Virus record (IMG/VR): IMGVR_UViG_3300046517_002960
Coordinates: 96,001 to 160,000 of that record
DNA: 64,000 nucleotides
Strand: one strand, 5' to 3'
From: a virus
Position numbers and translations under genes: made by a program. Position 1 is the stretch's first letter. Each line of letters opens with the position of its first letter. Of the stretch, positions 63,973 to 64,000 are shown piece by piece. The notes below the pieces were generated by a model. That model did no database searches. It saw nothing but the letters and a program-made list of their open reading frames with translations, and was not told the DNA's origin.

Positions 63973-64000
63973 CCCGGGTACCCCTCATCCGCCGCCCGGC

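Overview
A window of a large, very GC-rich actinobacterial tailed phage (siphovirus-like; host probably a filamentous actinomycete), read by eye without folding or database searches. Layout: (i) 1-6954, a rightward run of small hypothetical early genes sharing an extended ribosome-binding motif; (ii) 7416-53135, a leftward block of cell-wall hydrolases, lysis, tail, head-tail joining and virion-decoration genes plus sugar-modification enzymes (no terminase, portal or major capsid recognised here); (iii) 53226-63972, a rightward RNA island with 40 tRNA genes covering all 20 amino acids, an RNase P RNA, several incomplete or permuted tRNA-like RNAs, HNH, Nudix and HAD genes, ending in six tandem Y-RNA-like genes directly upstream of a Ro60/Rsr gene. 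Strongest new signals: the six Y RNAs share one Ro60-binding scaffold but carry tRNA modules opened at different arms, three with intact anticodon loops; the tape measure gene has a 10-nt coding gap beginning with UUA (translational bypass candidate) while the array lacks tRNA-Leu(UAA); and the major tail protein gene, missed by the ORF track, is split by two 294-nt group I introns.
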